64,000 nt of DNA from a bacterium (lineage in GTDB: Bacteria; Desulfobacterota; Binatia; HRBIN30; CADEER01), in contig JANNRA010000112.1 of NCBI GenBank assembly GCA_031401035.1, forward strand, positions 2,628-66,627, written 5' to 3'. Position numbers and translations under genes: made by a program. This document shows, one piece after another, positions 46,977 to 56,843 of this stretch (the stretch's first letter is position 1; every line of letters begins with the position of its first letter). The notes under the pieces are model-generated. The model saw only the letters and a list, made by a program, of their open reading frames with translations. It was not told where the DNA came from and ran no database searches.

Positions 46977-47036
46977 GCCTAACAACGGCATGCAGCGGAC
47001 GACGCTTCGCGTCGCCGCTGATGCCGGGCGTTGGCC
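46977..47036 (+). other. attC5 (60 bp): R'' GCCTAAC, R' GTTGGCC; last recognisable attC
   Basis: R'' is complementary to the cassette 5 opening TTAGGC at 45159. Inner repeats GCAGCGGACGACG and CGTCGCCGCTG. Confidence 0.75.
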
Positions 47037-47050
47037 GAAGGAGCGTTGCG

Positions 47051-47346
47051 ATGATCAGGGACCGTGCCCCAGTGCCGATGCACGGAGTGCGGCGCCAGCT
47101 CGCAGCACAGGGCATCGGGTGGCACTGGCGGGAGGCGATCCATGCCATCGGCCAGAAGGACATCGGCGCGATCGCCGATGTCCTGGGACACAACCCGTTC
47201 CTGATGGGCGAGACGGCAACCGGGATCGACGCGGTTACGTGCGGCGTCCTGGCGAACATCGTGAACGTGCCCGTCGCGCGCCCCGTCAAGGATGCGGCGG
47301 TGCAGCGCAGGAATCTCGTCGATTTCATCGAGGGGGTGCGCGGTCG

Positions 47347-47359
<13 letters not shown>
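47051..47359 (+). CDS. hypothetical protein after the last attC (orphan or degenerate cassette)
   Basis: AAGGAG Shine-Dalgarno. MIRDRAPVPMHGVRRQLAAQGIGWH... (102 aa). No attC follows, and it overlaps the convergent BVMO gene by about 13 bp. Confidence 0.45.
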
Positions 47360-49221
<1,862 letters not shown>

Positions 49222-49455
49222 GCGCTCCCCCTGGTCGGCGTCGCCGTCGCGCAGCGAACGACAGCACAGTAGCGTTGGCGCGAGAAAGTGCCACGGTGCC
49301 AACCGCCGTTCGGGAGGTCCAAACCGCTGCGCGGGCGCGTCGGGCGGCGCCGCCGGTCCCGCGCATCGCCATCGTTGCGCAAGTCCGACGATTGTCTGCG
49401 TTCACCCTGACACCCCGGTTGCCCGCCCGGGCCCCAGGCCGCTACACACCCGGAC

Positions 49456-50088
49456 ATGCCGTTTCGCAAGCAACTGTTCGAGAACAACCGGCGCTGGGCG
49501 GCGCGCATGACCGAGCTGGACCCGGACTTCTTCGCCACCCTGGCCCGACAGCAGTCGCCGAAGTTCCTGTGGATCGGCTGCTCGGACAGCCGCGTCCCGG
49601 CGAACGAGATCGTCGGCCTACTGCCCGGCGAGCTGTTCGTGCACCGCAACGTCGCCAACGTCGTCATCCACACCGACCTCAACTGCCTGTCGGTGCTGCA
49701 GTACGCCATCGACATCCTGCACGTGGAGCACATCATGGTCTGCGGCCACTACGGCTGCGGCGGGGTGCGTGCGGCGATGAGCAATGCCGAGCTCGGTCTG
49801 ATCGACAACTGGCTGCGGTCGATCAAGGATGTGTACCAGGGCAATCGCGCCACGCTCGACTTCATGAGCGACGAGGACGCGCGTCTCGACCGGTTGTGCG
49901 AGCTCAACGTCGCCCAGCAGGTGGCCAACGTCTGCCACACCACCATCGTCCAGGGCGCCTGGCGGCACGGCCGTCCGGTCACCGTGCACGGCTTCATCTA
50001 CGACGTCCGCGACGGCCTGCTACGCGATCTCGGCTTCTGCGTCGACGGCGTCGATCAGATCCCTCCCATCTACCGCGTCTCGGAGTGA
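49456..50088 (+). CDS. beta-class carbonic anhydrase
   Basis: Has the beta-CA zinc motifs CSDSR and HYGCGG and the N-terminal FENNRRWA. Confidence 0.9.
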   Translation: MPFRKQLFENNRRWAARMTELDPDFFATLARQQSPKFLWIGCSDSRVPANEIVGLLPGELFVHRNVANVVIHTDLNCLSVLQYAIDILHVEHIMVCGHYGCGGVRAAMSNAELGLIDNWLRSIKDVYQGNRATLDFMSDEDARLDRLCELNVAQQVANVCHTTIVQGAWRHGRPVTVHGFIYDVRDGLLRDLGFCVDGVDQIPPIYRVSE

Positions 50089-50276
50089 CCGCCCGGCGCC
50101 GCGGCCGCTCCGCCTAGTGTCGTGAATCCGCAATCCCCGCTACAGCTCGGGGAGCCCTCGGCGCCCCTGGCTAGGCGCGCCGCCGCAGGAATATCGGGCC
50201 ATATTCCAAGGCGGCGCAACGCCGCCAGGGGTGTCGAGAGCCAGCGAGATGTGGCGGGGATCTCGGATTCACGACA

Positions 50277-51491
50277 CTAGCGCGGGTAGTGATACCCCCG
50301 GTCGAGGGGCGCGCGGTCGCGGCTGCCGTCGGGATTGGTCGAGCGCGCCAGGAGTTCCTCCTCCAGCGCCGTGTCGATGCGGCCGCTGCCGCTGTCGACC
50401 GCCGGACTGTCGGGCTCGAGGTGCAGATCGCCGGCAGCGATGTTGACAATCAACGGATCGACGTTGAGGTCGTTGGCACCGCGCACCTCGGCCGGGTTGT
50501 ACACCGCGGTCGGGTCTTCTGCCTCGGGCTGGAACACCACGTTGTAGTCGCCGAGGTAGCCCTCGGTGCCGCCGCTGGCGTCGATGCCGACGTTGGGTCC
50601 GGCCTCCTGCAGGATGTTGTTGATCACCTGCGTGTCGCTCGGTTCGGCGCCGCCATTGGCGCGCAACGAGATGCCGGCACGGTCGGTGAGGGCGACGCTG
50701 TTGTTGATGATCTGCGTGCGGGTGGCGCTGCCGGTGACGACGATGCCGCGGTCGGCGGCGAAGACGAGGTTGTTGAACAGCAGCACGTCGCGCGAGCTGT
50801 CGACGCGGATGCCGTCCGCCGTCGCGGCGTTGGCGATGACGCAGTGGCGGACGACGGCACCATCGGAGCCGCCGCGCACACGCACGGCGACGGCGGCGGC
50901 GGGCGGGTCCAGCGCCGGTGCGGCGCCGCGCAAGATGAAGCCGTCGACCGTGACGAATGGCGAATTGGTGATGATCAGTCCGAACGGCGCGCCGTCGGCG
51001 TCGAGGATGACGTCGCCGTCGGGATCGCCGGTGAACTCGCCGCTGCGGTCCGCGATGATGCGAATCGGTAGCGTCTCGGTGGCCGCGACGTTGGTCACCG
51101 CGACGCGGCCGCGGTAGACGCCGCGGCCGACGTACATGGTGCTCCCGGGTGTCAGCAGTTTGGCCGCGAACTCGACGGTCCGCAGGGGCTGCTCGGCGGT
51201 GAAGCCGGGGTTGGAGTCGTTGCCGTTCTGGCTCACAAAGAGGGTTACTGGCGGTCCCGGCGTGCGCGTCGGGCGCGGGGTGTTGGTCGGTCCGCCGGTG
51301 CGCGTCGCGGTGTAGGTCGGGCCGCCGGTGCGCGTCGGCGTGCGGCTCGGGCCACGTGTCCGGGTTGCCGTGCGCGTCGAGTTCGGATCCGGCGTCAGGG
51401 TTGGCACCGGGCTGGAGCCGCTGGAGCTGCCGCAGCCCGGCAGCACCAGGCACGCCGTCAGGAACAGAGTCGGCAATCGTCGCATGCGCAC
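50277..51491 (-). CDS. lipoprotein with a right-handed parallel beta-helix domain and a (T/P)RT low-complexity linker
   Basis: Lipobox LVLPGC. Linker TRTATRTRGPSRTPTRTGGPTYTATRTGGPTNTPRPTRTPG. Repeated ..NN(S/L)V.. beta-helix rungs. Confidence 0.7.
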   Translation of the reverse strand: MRMRRLPTLFLTACLVLPGCGSSSGSSPVPTLTPDPNSTRTATRTRGPSRTPTRTGGPTYTATRTGGPTNTPRPTRTPGPPVTLFVSQNGNDSNPGFTAEQPLRTVEFAAKLLTPGSTMYVGRGVYRGRVAVTNVAATETLPIRIIADRSGEFTGDPDGDVILDADGAPFGLIITNSPFVTVDGFILRGAAPALDPPAAAVAVRVRGGSDGAVVRHCVIANAATADGIRVDSSRDVLLFNNLVFAADRGIVVTGSATRTQIINNSVALTDRAGISLRANGGAEPSDTQVINNILQEAGPNVGIDASGGTEGYLGDYNVVFQPEAEDPTAVYNPAEVRGANDLNVDPLIVNIAAGDLHLEPDSPAVDSGSGRIDTALEEELLARSTNPDGSRDRAPLDRGYHYPR

Positions 51492-51608
51492 CTCAGTGAA
51501 ATCCCCTCGACGCTAGCCAGCCCGAGCGCGGCTTGCCAGCGAAACCTGCGTCGTCTGCGACGATCGTGGCCGGCCGTAGGCAGCGGCGGCGACGGCGTGC
51601 CATAGATC

Positions 51609-52094
51609 GTGGCGGAGGGCGGCATGCGATTCGAAGCGGAAGCTATCGGGGTGGTCGAGGGCGCGCGCAGCGAGGCCGAGGACGACAATTGGGGCGGCGC
51701 CGAGTCCTGCATCCTCCTGGCGGAGCGCTTCGATGCGGCGGCGCTGCAGGGCCTGGAGGAGTTCTCGCACGTCGAGGTGCTGTTCTTCTTCCACCGCGTC
51801 GATCCGGCCAAGGTGGTGTCCGGAGCCCGGCATCCGCGCAACAATCCCGACTGGCCGGCCGTCGGCATCTTCGCTCAGCGCGGTAAGAACCGGCCGAACC
51901 GCATCGGCAGCACCATCTGCCGGGTCGTGCGGCGCGACGGCCGGCGACTGTACGTCGCCGAACTCGACGCCATCGCGGGCACGCCGGTGCTCGACGTCAA
52001 ACCGGTGATGACCGAGTTCCTGCCGCGCACCGCCGTGCGCCAACCCGACTGGTCGCGCGCCCTGATGCGCGACTACTGGACCACGGTGGCGTGA
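51609..52094 (+). CDS. tsaA: tRNA (t6A37-N6)-methyltransferase TsaA/TrmO (YaeB family)
   Basis: Has ..FSHVEVLFFFH.. and ..RPNRIGSTICRVV....LDAIAGTPVLDVKP. An alternative ATG lies at 51624. Confidence 0.8.
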   Translation: MAEGGMRFEAEAIGVVEGARSEAEDDNWGGAESCILLAERFDAAALQGLEEFSHVEVLFFFHRVDPAKVVSGARHPRNNPDWPAVGIFAQRGKNRPNRIGSTICRVVRRDGRRLYVAELDAIAGTPVLDVKPVMTEFLPRTAVRQPDWSRALMRDYWTTVA

Positions 52095-52592
52095 GTGCGC
52101 CTGCCGCGTCTCGACCTGGTGTCCGCCGCCGCGGTGCTGGGCGTCTGCGCCGCCGGTGCCCTCGGCCTGTCGGCCGGCGCGCTGCTGACCGAAGGCGCGG
52201 TGCTGGTCCCGTGGTGGCGGTCGCTGCCTCCCGAGGCCTTCCTCGACTGGTACGCCACCAACGCGGCACGCCTGTTCAACTTCTTCGGCGTCGTCGAGAT
52301 CGCCGCCGGCGTGCTCGCGGTGGCCGCGGCGGCGCTGTACCGGTTCCATCACGGCGGCGGCGGCCTGTTCGTCGCCGCCGCCGGGCTGGCGGTGGCGGTG
52401 CTGTCCTTCTTCCCGCTCTACTTCGAGCAGGTGAACGCCGACTTCGCCGCCGGCACGGTGGAGCTCGCGGCCGTCGCCGGCGAGCTGGCGCTCTGGGCGG
52501 CCTGGCACTGGGCGCGCACGCTGATCGGTGTCGGCGCCTTCGTCGCTGCGCTGCTGGCGGTGCGTGCCGCCGGCGCTCCGGCGCGCGACTGA
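52095..52592 (+). CDS. hypothetical membrane protein (DUF1772-like)
   Basis: GTG start immediately after the tsaA stop. The protein has four hydrophobic helices. Confidence 0.45.
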   Translation: MRLPRLDLVSAAAVLGVCAAGALGLSAGALLTEGAVLVPWWRSLPPEAFLDWYATNAARLFNFFGVVEIAAGVLAVAAAALYRFHHGGGGLFVAAAGLAVAVLSFFPLYFEQVNADFAAGTVELAAVAGELALWAAWHWARTLIGVGAFVAALLAVRAAGAPARD

Positions 52593-54212
52593 TCAACGCA
52601 GGCCGGGCGCCTCGTGGCCGCTGGCGGCGACGTACTCGAGGTAGCCGCCACCGTAGGCGACCGGGCCGTCGGCGCTGAGTTCGAGGACGCGGTTCGAGAG
52701 GTGCGCCAGGAAGCGCCGATCGTGCGAGACGAAGAGCATGGTGCCCTCGTAGTCGGCCAGTGCCCGCACCAACATCTCCTTGGTCGCCATGTCGAGATGG
52801 TTGGTCGGCTCGTCGAGCACGAGGAAGTTCGGCCGCTCGTAGAGGATGCGGGCGATGACCAGGCGCGCCTTCTCACCGCCGGACAGGACGCGGCAACTCT
52901 TGTCGATGTCGTCGCCTGAGAAGCCGAAGCAGCCGGCGAGGGCGCGCAGGGCGCCACCGTTGGCGAGCGGGAAGGCATCCTCGAGGGTGCGCAGCACCGT
53001 CTTCAGCGGATCGAGCAGTTCCATGGCGTGCTGCGCGAAGTAGCCGAGCGCGACGTTGGCGCCGAGCTTGACGGTGCCGGCGTCGGCGCGGCTCTCGCCG
53101 GCGATGAGTTTGAGCAACGTCGATTTGCCGGCGCCGTTGACGCCCATAACCGCCCACCGCTCGCCGCGTCGCACCACCAGGTCGAGTCCGTCGTAGATGA
53201 TGCGGTCGCCGTAGCGCTTGACCAGGCCCTCGACCTTCGCCACCTCGTCACCGGCGCGGGCGCAGGGCGGGAAGTTGAAGACCAGCGTGCTGCGCCGCTT
53301 CGGCGGCTCGAGCTTCTCGATCTTGTCGAGCTGCTTGACGCGCGACTGCACCTGCGCCGCTTTCGCGGCCTGCGCCTTGAAACGCTCGATGAAGCGCATC
53401 TCCTTGGCCAGCTTGGCCTGCTGGCGCTGATAGGCGGCTTCGGCGTGGACCTCGCTCTGCGCCCGCTGCGCCTCGTAGAAGTCGTAGTCGCCGGAGTAAC
53501 TGGTGAGGTCGCCGCCGTCGATCTCGATGACCCGGCCGACGATGCGGTTGAGGAACTCGCGGTCGTGCGAGGTCATCAACAGGGCGCCCTCGTAGGTGGT
53601 GAGGAAGTGCTCGAGCCAGATCAGCGATTCGATGTCGAGGTGGTTGGAGGGCTCGTCGAGCAGCAGGGCGCTCGGCCGCATGAGCAGGATGCGGGCCAGG
53701 GCGGCGCGCATCTTCCATCCCCCCGACAGGCGGGCGGCGTCGCCGTCCATCATCCCCTGGCTGAAGCCGAGTCCGGCGAGGATCTCGCGCGCCCGGGCCT
53801 CGAGCGCGTAGCCGTCGAGGTCCTCGAAGCGCGCCTGGGCGACGCCGAAGCGCTCGATCAGCTTCTCGATCTCGTCGGCGCGGTCGGGGTCGGCCATGGC
53901 GTGTTCGAGGGCGCGCAACTCGGCGGCGACCTCGGACACCGGACCGGCGCCGTCCATCACTTCGGCGACGACCGAGCGGCCGCCCATTTCGCCGACGTCC
54001 TGGCTGAAGTAGCCGATGGTGACGCCGCGATCGATCGAGACCTGCCCGTCGTCGGGGTGCTCCTCGCCGGTGATGAGGCGGAAGACGGTGGACTTGCCGG
54101 CGCCGTTGGGGCCGACCAGGCCGACCTTCTCGCCGCGATGCACCGCCGCACCCGCCTCGACGAAGAGGATCTGCCGCCCGTGCTGCTTGCTGATCTGGTC
54201 GAGTCGAATCAT
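52593..54212 (-). CDS. ABC-F family ATPase (two tandem ABC domains, no transmembrane domain)
   Basis: It has two Walker A sites (GPNGAGKST and GVNGAGKST) and two LSGG signature motifs. The protein is 539 aa. Confidence 0.9.
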   Translation of the reverse strand: MIRLDQISKQHGRQILFVEAGAAVHRGEKVGLVGPNGAGKSTVFRLITGEEHPDDGQVSIDRGVTIGYFSQDVGEMGGRSVVAEVMDGAGPVSEVAAELRALEHAMADPDRADEIEKLIERFGVAQARFEDLDGYALEARAREILAGLGFSQGMMDGDAARLSGGWKMRAALARILLMRPSALLLDEPSNHLDIESLIWLEHFLTTYEGALLMTSHDREFLNRIVGRVIEIDGGDLTSYSGDYDFYEAQRAQSEVHAEAAYQRQQAKLAKEMRFIERFKAQAAKAAQVQSRVKQLDKIEKLEPPKRRSTLVFNFPPCARAGDEVAKVEGLVKRYGDRIIYDGLDLVVRRGERWAVMGVNGAGKSTLLKLIAGESRADAGTVKLGANVALGYFAQHAMELLDPLKTVLRTLEDAFPLANGGALRALAGCFGFSGDDIDKSCRVLSGGEKARLVIARILYERPNFLVLDEPTNHLDMATKEMLVRALADYEGTMLFVSHDRRFLAHLSNRVLELSADGPVAYGGGYLEYVAASGHEAPGLR

Positions 54213-54274
54213 GCAACCAATCAGCCTAGCCGGCCGGGCGAGGCATTTCGAGATCAGGGCGGATCGGCACGATC

Positions 54275-54718
54275 GTGGCGCGGCCTTGCGCGGCGGCGCC
54301 GGCGCCGGCAGCAGTGGGTGGAGGGGGAGGGACCATCGTGCCAGGACTGACCGCTGCGATGCTGATCGTCGTCGGCATCATCCATCTGATGCCGCTGAGT
54401 GGCGTGCTCGGCGCGGAGCGGCTGACCGCGCTCTACGGCATCGCCGTCGAGGAGCCGAACCTGCTCGTCTTGATGCGTCATCGGGCGGTGCTGTTCGGGC
54501 TGCTCGGGGTGATGCTGCTGCTGGCGGCGGCGCGGCCGGCGCTGCAGTCGTTGGCGCTGGCGACCGGATTCGTCAGTGTCGCGTCGTTCATCTGGCTGGC
54601 CTGGTCGGCGGGCGGCGTCAACGCCGCACTCGGCCGCGTCGCGGCGGTCGACCTGGTCGCCATCGCCTGCCTCGTCGTCGGGGCGGTGAGCTGGGCGCTG
54701 ACGCCCGGGCGTGCCTGA
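54275..54718 (+). CDS. hypothetical membrane protein
   Basis: Has four hydrophobic helices. A possible internal start MLIVVGII lies at 54359. Its stop overlaps the MOSC start. Confidence 0.45.
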   Translation: MARPCAAAPAPAAVGGGGGTIVPGLTAAMLIVVGIIHLMPLSGVLGAERLTALYGIAVEEPNLLVLMRHRAVLFGLLGVMLLLAAARPALQSLALATGFVSVASFIWLAWSAGGVNAALGRVAAVDLVAIACLVVGAVSWALTPGRA

Positions 54719-55272
54719 TGGCGGCGGCGATGCGTGCGATGGTGACGGCGGTGAGTCGCAGCCCGACGCACGCCATGAGCAAGCCGCCGGTGGACGCCAT
54801 CCGCCTGCTGTCGGGCCTCGGCGTGGAGGGGGACACGCACCAGGGCGTGACGGTGCAGCACCGCTCGCGCGTGGCGCAAGACCCGAGCCAGCCGAACCTA
54901 CGCCAGGTGCATCTGATCCACGCCGAGTTGCATGACGCCCTGCGCACGGCGGGGTTCGACATCGCCGCCGGGGCGATGGGCGAGAACGTCACGACCCGGG
55001 GGGTCGCGTTGCTGGCGCTGCCCCGTGGGGCGCGCCTGCGCCTCGGCGACGAGGCGCTGATCGAGCTCACCGGGCTGCGCAATCCCTGTGTCCAACTCGA
55101 CGGCCTGGTGCCGGGGTTGATGGCGGCGACGCTCGAGCGCGACGCCGCCGGTCGGTTGGTGCGCAAGGCCGGCGTCATGGCGGTGGTGCTGAGCGATGGC
55201 ACGGTGCGCCCGGGCGATGCGATTCAGGTCATCCTGCCGCCGCCGCCGCATCGCCCGCTGGTGCCGGTGTGA
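54718..55272 (+). CDS. MOSC domain protein (YiiM-like)
   Basis: GDTH....GENVT..G.....G..L..G.A..E.TG.R.PC is the MOSC beta-barrel signature. The protein is 184 aa. Confidence 0.8.
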   Translation: MAAAMRAMVTAVSRSPTHAMSKPPVDAIRLLSGLGVEGDTHQGVTVQHRSRVAQDPSQPNLRQVHLIHAELHDALRTAGFDIAAGAMGENVTTRGVALLALPRGARLRLGDEALIELTGLRNPCVQLDGLVPGLMAATLERDAAGRLVRKAGVMAVVLSDGTVRPGDAIQVILPPPPHRPLVPV

Positions 55273-55313
55273 GACGCCCCGTCTCCTTCATGTTCCGCGA
55301 CTGATCCCGGAGG

Positions 55314-55784
55314 ATGTCCATGCTGACCCTTGCAGCCGCCGGCGGCGGCTTTCTGCTCGCCGTCTTGTGGTTCGACCTGATGTTCGACGTCCAGGTTCTG
55401 CCCCATCGTGGCGCCGCCGATCTGCCCGAGGCGGTGCTGGCTTCGATCGCCGGCTATTATCGGCGCGTCACCACCGAGGCGGCGCCGATGGGCTACGCGG
55501 TCGGGGTGGTGATGGCCGTCACCGTCGCCGCCGTCGTTGGCCAGCTCACGGCTCGGATCGTGCCGTGCTGGCTCGGCCTCGCGTCCCTGGTGGCGTGCGC
55601 CGTGCCCATCGCGCTCGGGCTGGTGCGCGTGCTGGCCGGCGCCGCCCGTCTCGGCGGGCGCCACGATCCACTCGCGCAGCAGAGCCGGCTGGCGCGGGCG
55701 ATCTGCCGCGACCACCTGTTCTGCTTTGCCGCCCTGGTGGTGTTCCTGGCGCTCCAACTCGCGGTGCTGCCGCGCCTGGTGTAG
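55314..55784 (+). CDS. hypothetical membrane protein
   Basis: The 156-aa protein has four predicted transmembrane helices. Confidence 0.45.
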   Translation: MSMLTLAAAGGGFLLAVLWFDLMFDVQVLPHRGAADLPEAVLASIAGYYRRVTTEAAPMGYAVGVVMAVTVAAVVGQLTARIVPCWLGLASLVACAVPIALGLVRVLAGAARLGGRHDPLAQQSRLARAICRDHLFCFAALVVFLALQLAVLPRLV

Positions 55785-55794
55785 AGGCCGCGGC

Positions 55795-56178
55795 ATGCCG
55801 CGCATCGTCTGTGCCCTCCTGCTCATGCTCGGCGGCTGTGCCGCGCGCCCACCGGTCGTCGTCACGACGGCGGAGGCGGGACGGGCGGTGACCCTGGCGC
55901 CCGGCGACGAACTGCACGTGCGCCTGGCGGCCAACCGCACCACCGGCTACCGGTGGCAGCTCGCCGACGACCCGGCGCCGATCCTGGCGAGCGAGGCGGA
56001 GGTGACCTACGAGCCGCTCGACAGCGCCGGCGGGCGCGTCGGCGCCGGCGGTACGGACGTGTGGCGCTTCCGCGCCGCGGCGGCGGGCCGTACCGAACTG
56101 GTGTTCGAGTACTGGCGGCCCTGGGAGCGTTCCGCCACGCCGGCCGACAGCGTCCGCTTCGCGATCACCGTGCGTTGA
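55795..56178 (+). CDS. chagasin-family (I42) protease inhibitor lipoprotein
   Basis: Lipobox MLGGC. It carries the NRTTGYRW motif and a conserved chagasin beta-sandwich pattern. The protein is 127 aa. Confidence 0.75.
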   Translation: MPRIVCALLLMLGGCAARPPVVVTTAEAGRAVTLAPGDELHVRLAANRTTGYRWQLADDPAPILASEAEVTYEPLDSAGGRVGAGGTDVWRFRAAAAGRTELVFEYWRPWERSATPADSVRFAITVR

Positions 56179-56843
56179 CGCCCGTGCTCGCCTTCCTGCA
56201 CACCGCCGCCGCGCACGTGGCGACCTTCGACGCCCTGCTCGACGAGCTCGATGCGACCGTGCCGCGCCGGCATGCGGTCGCCGCCGCGCTGCTCGACCAG
56301 GCGCGCGCTGCCGGCGCGGTGACACCGGAGATCGCCGCGTGCGTAGCCGACGCGGTGTGGAACCTGATCGCGCAGGAGGCCGACCTGGTGCTCTGCACCT
56401 GTTCGACCATCGGTGCGGCGGCGGAGGGGGCGGCCACCTCGGCGGTGCCGGTATTGCGTCTCGATCGCCCGATGGCCGCGGCGGCGGTCGCCTGCGGCCC
56501 GCGCATCGCTGTTGTCGCCGCGCTGGCGAGCACCGTCGCGCCGACGTTGGCATTGCTGCTCGAGGTCGCCGGGGCCGCCGGCCGTTCGATCGCGCCGCGG
56601 GTGACGCTGTGCGAGGAGGCGTGGCCGCATTTCGAGCGCGGCGACTCGGAGCGCTACTTCGCGGCCGTCGCGAGGGCCGCGCGCGCGGCGGCCGCGACCG
56701 CGGACGTGGTGGTCCTCGCGCAGGGATCGATGGGGCCGGCTGCCGAACGCCTCGCGGCGATCGGCGTCCCCGTACTGGCGAGTCCGCGCCTCGGCGTCGC
56801 GGCCGCCGTCACCCTGTGGCAGGCCGCTCGTCAGCGCCCCTGA
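56175..56843 (+). CDS. Asp/Glu/hydantoin racemase-family protein (arylmalonate decarboxylase-like)
   Basis: TTG or GTG start. It has ..ADLVLCTCSTIG.. and a duplicated racemase-fold pattern. Confidence 0.45.
   Translation: MTPVLAFLHTAAAHVATFDALLDELDATVPRRHAVAAALLDQARAAGAVTPEIAACVADAVWNLIAQEADLVLCTCSTIGAAAEGAATSAVPVLRLDRPMAAAAVACGPRIAVVAALASTVAPTLALLLEVAGAAGRSIAPRVTLCEEAWPHFERGDSERYFAAVARAARAAAATADVVVLAQGSMGPAAERLAAIGVPVLASPRLGVAAAVTLWQAARQRP

Noticed and set aside
43410-47036. The five palindromes could have been REP/MITE-like elements like the other families in this window
   Set aside because: Each one follows a cassette ORF, sits downstream of an intI, and has R''/R' cores complementary to its own cassette start. 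None of the REP-like families shows that, so they are attC sites.
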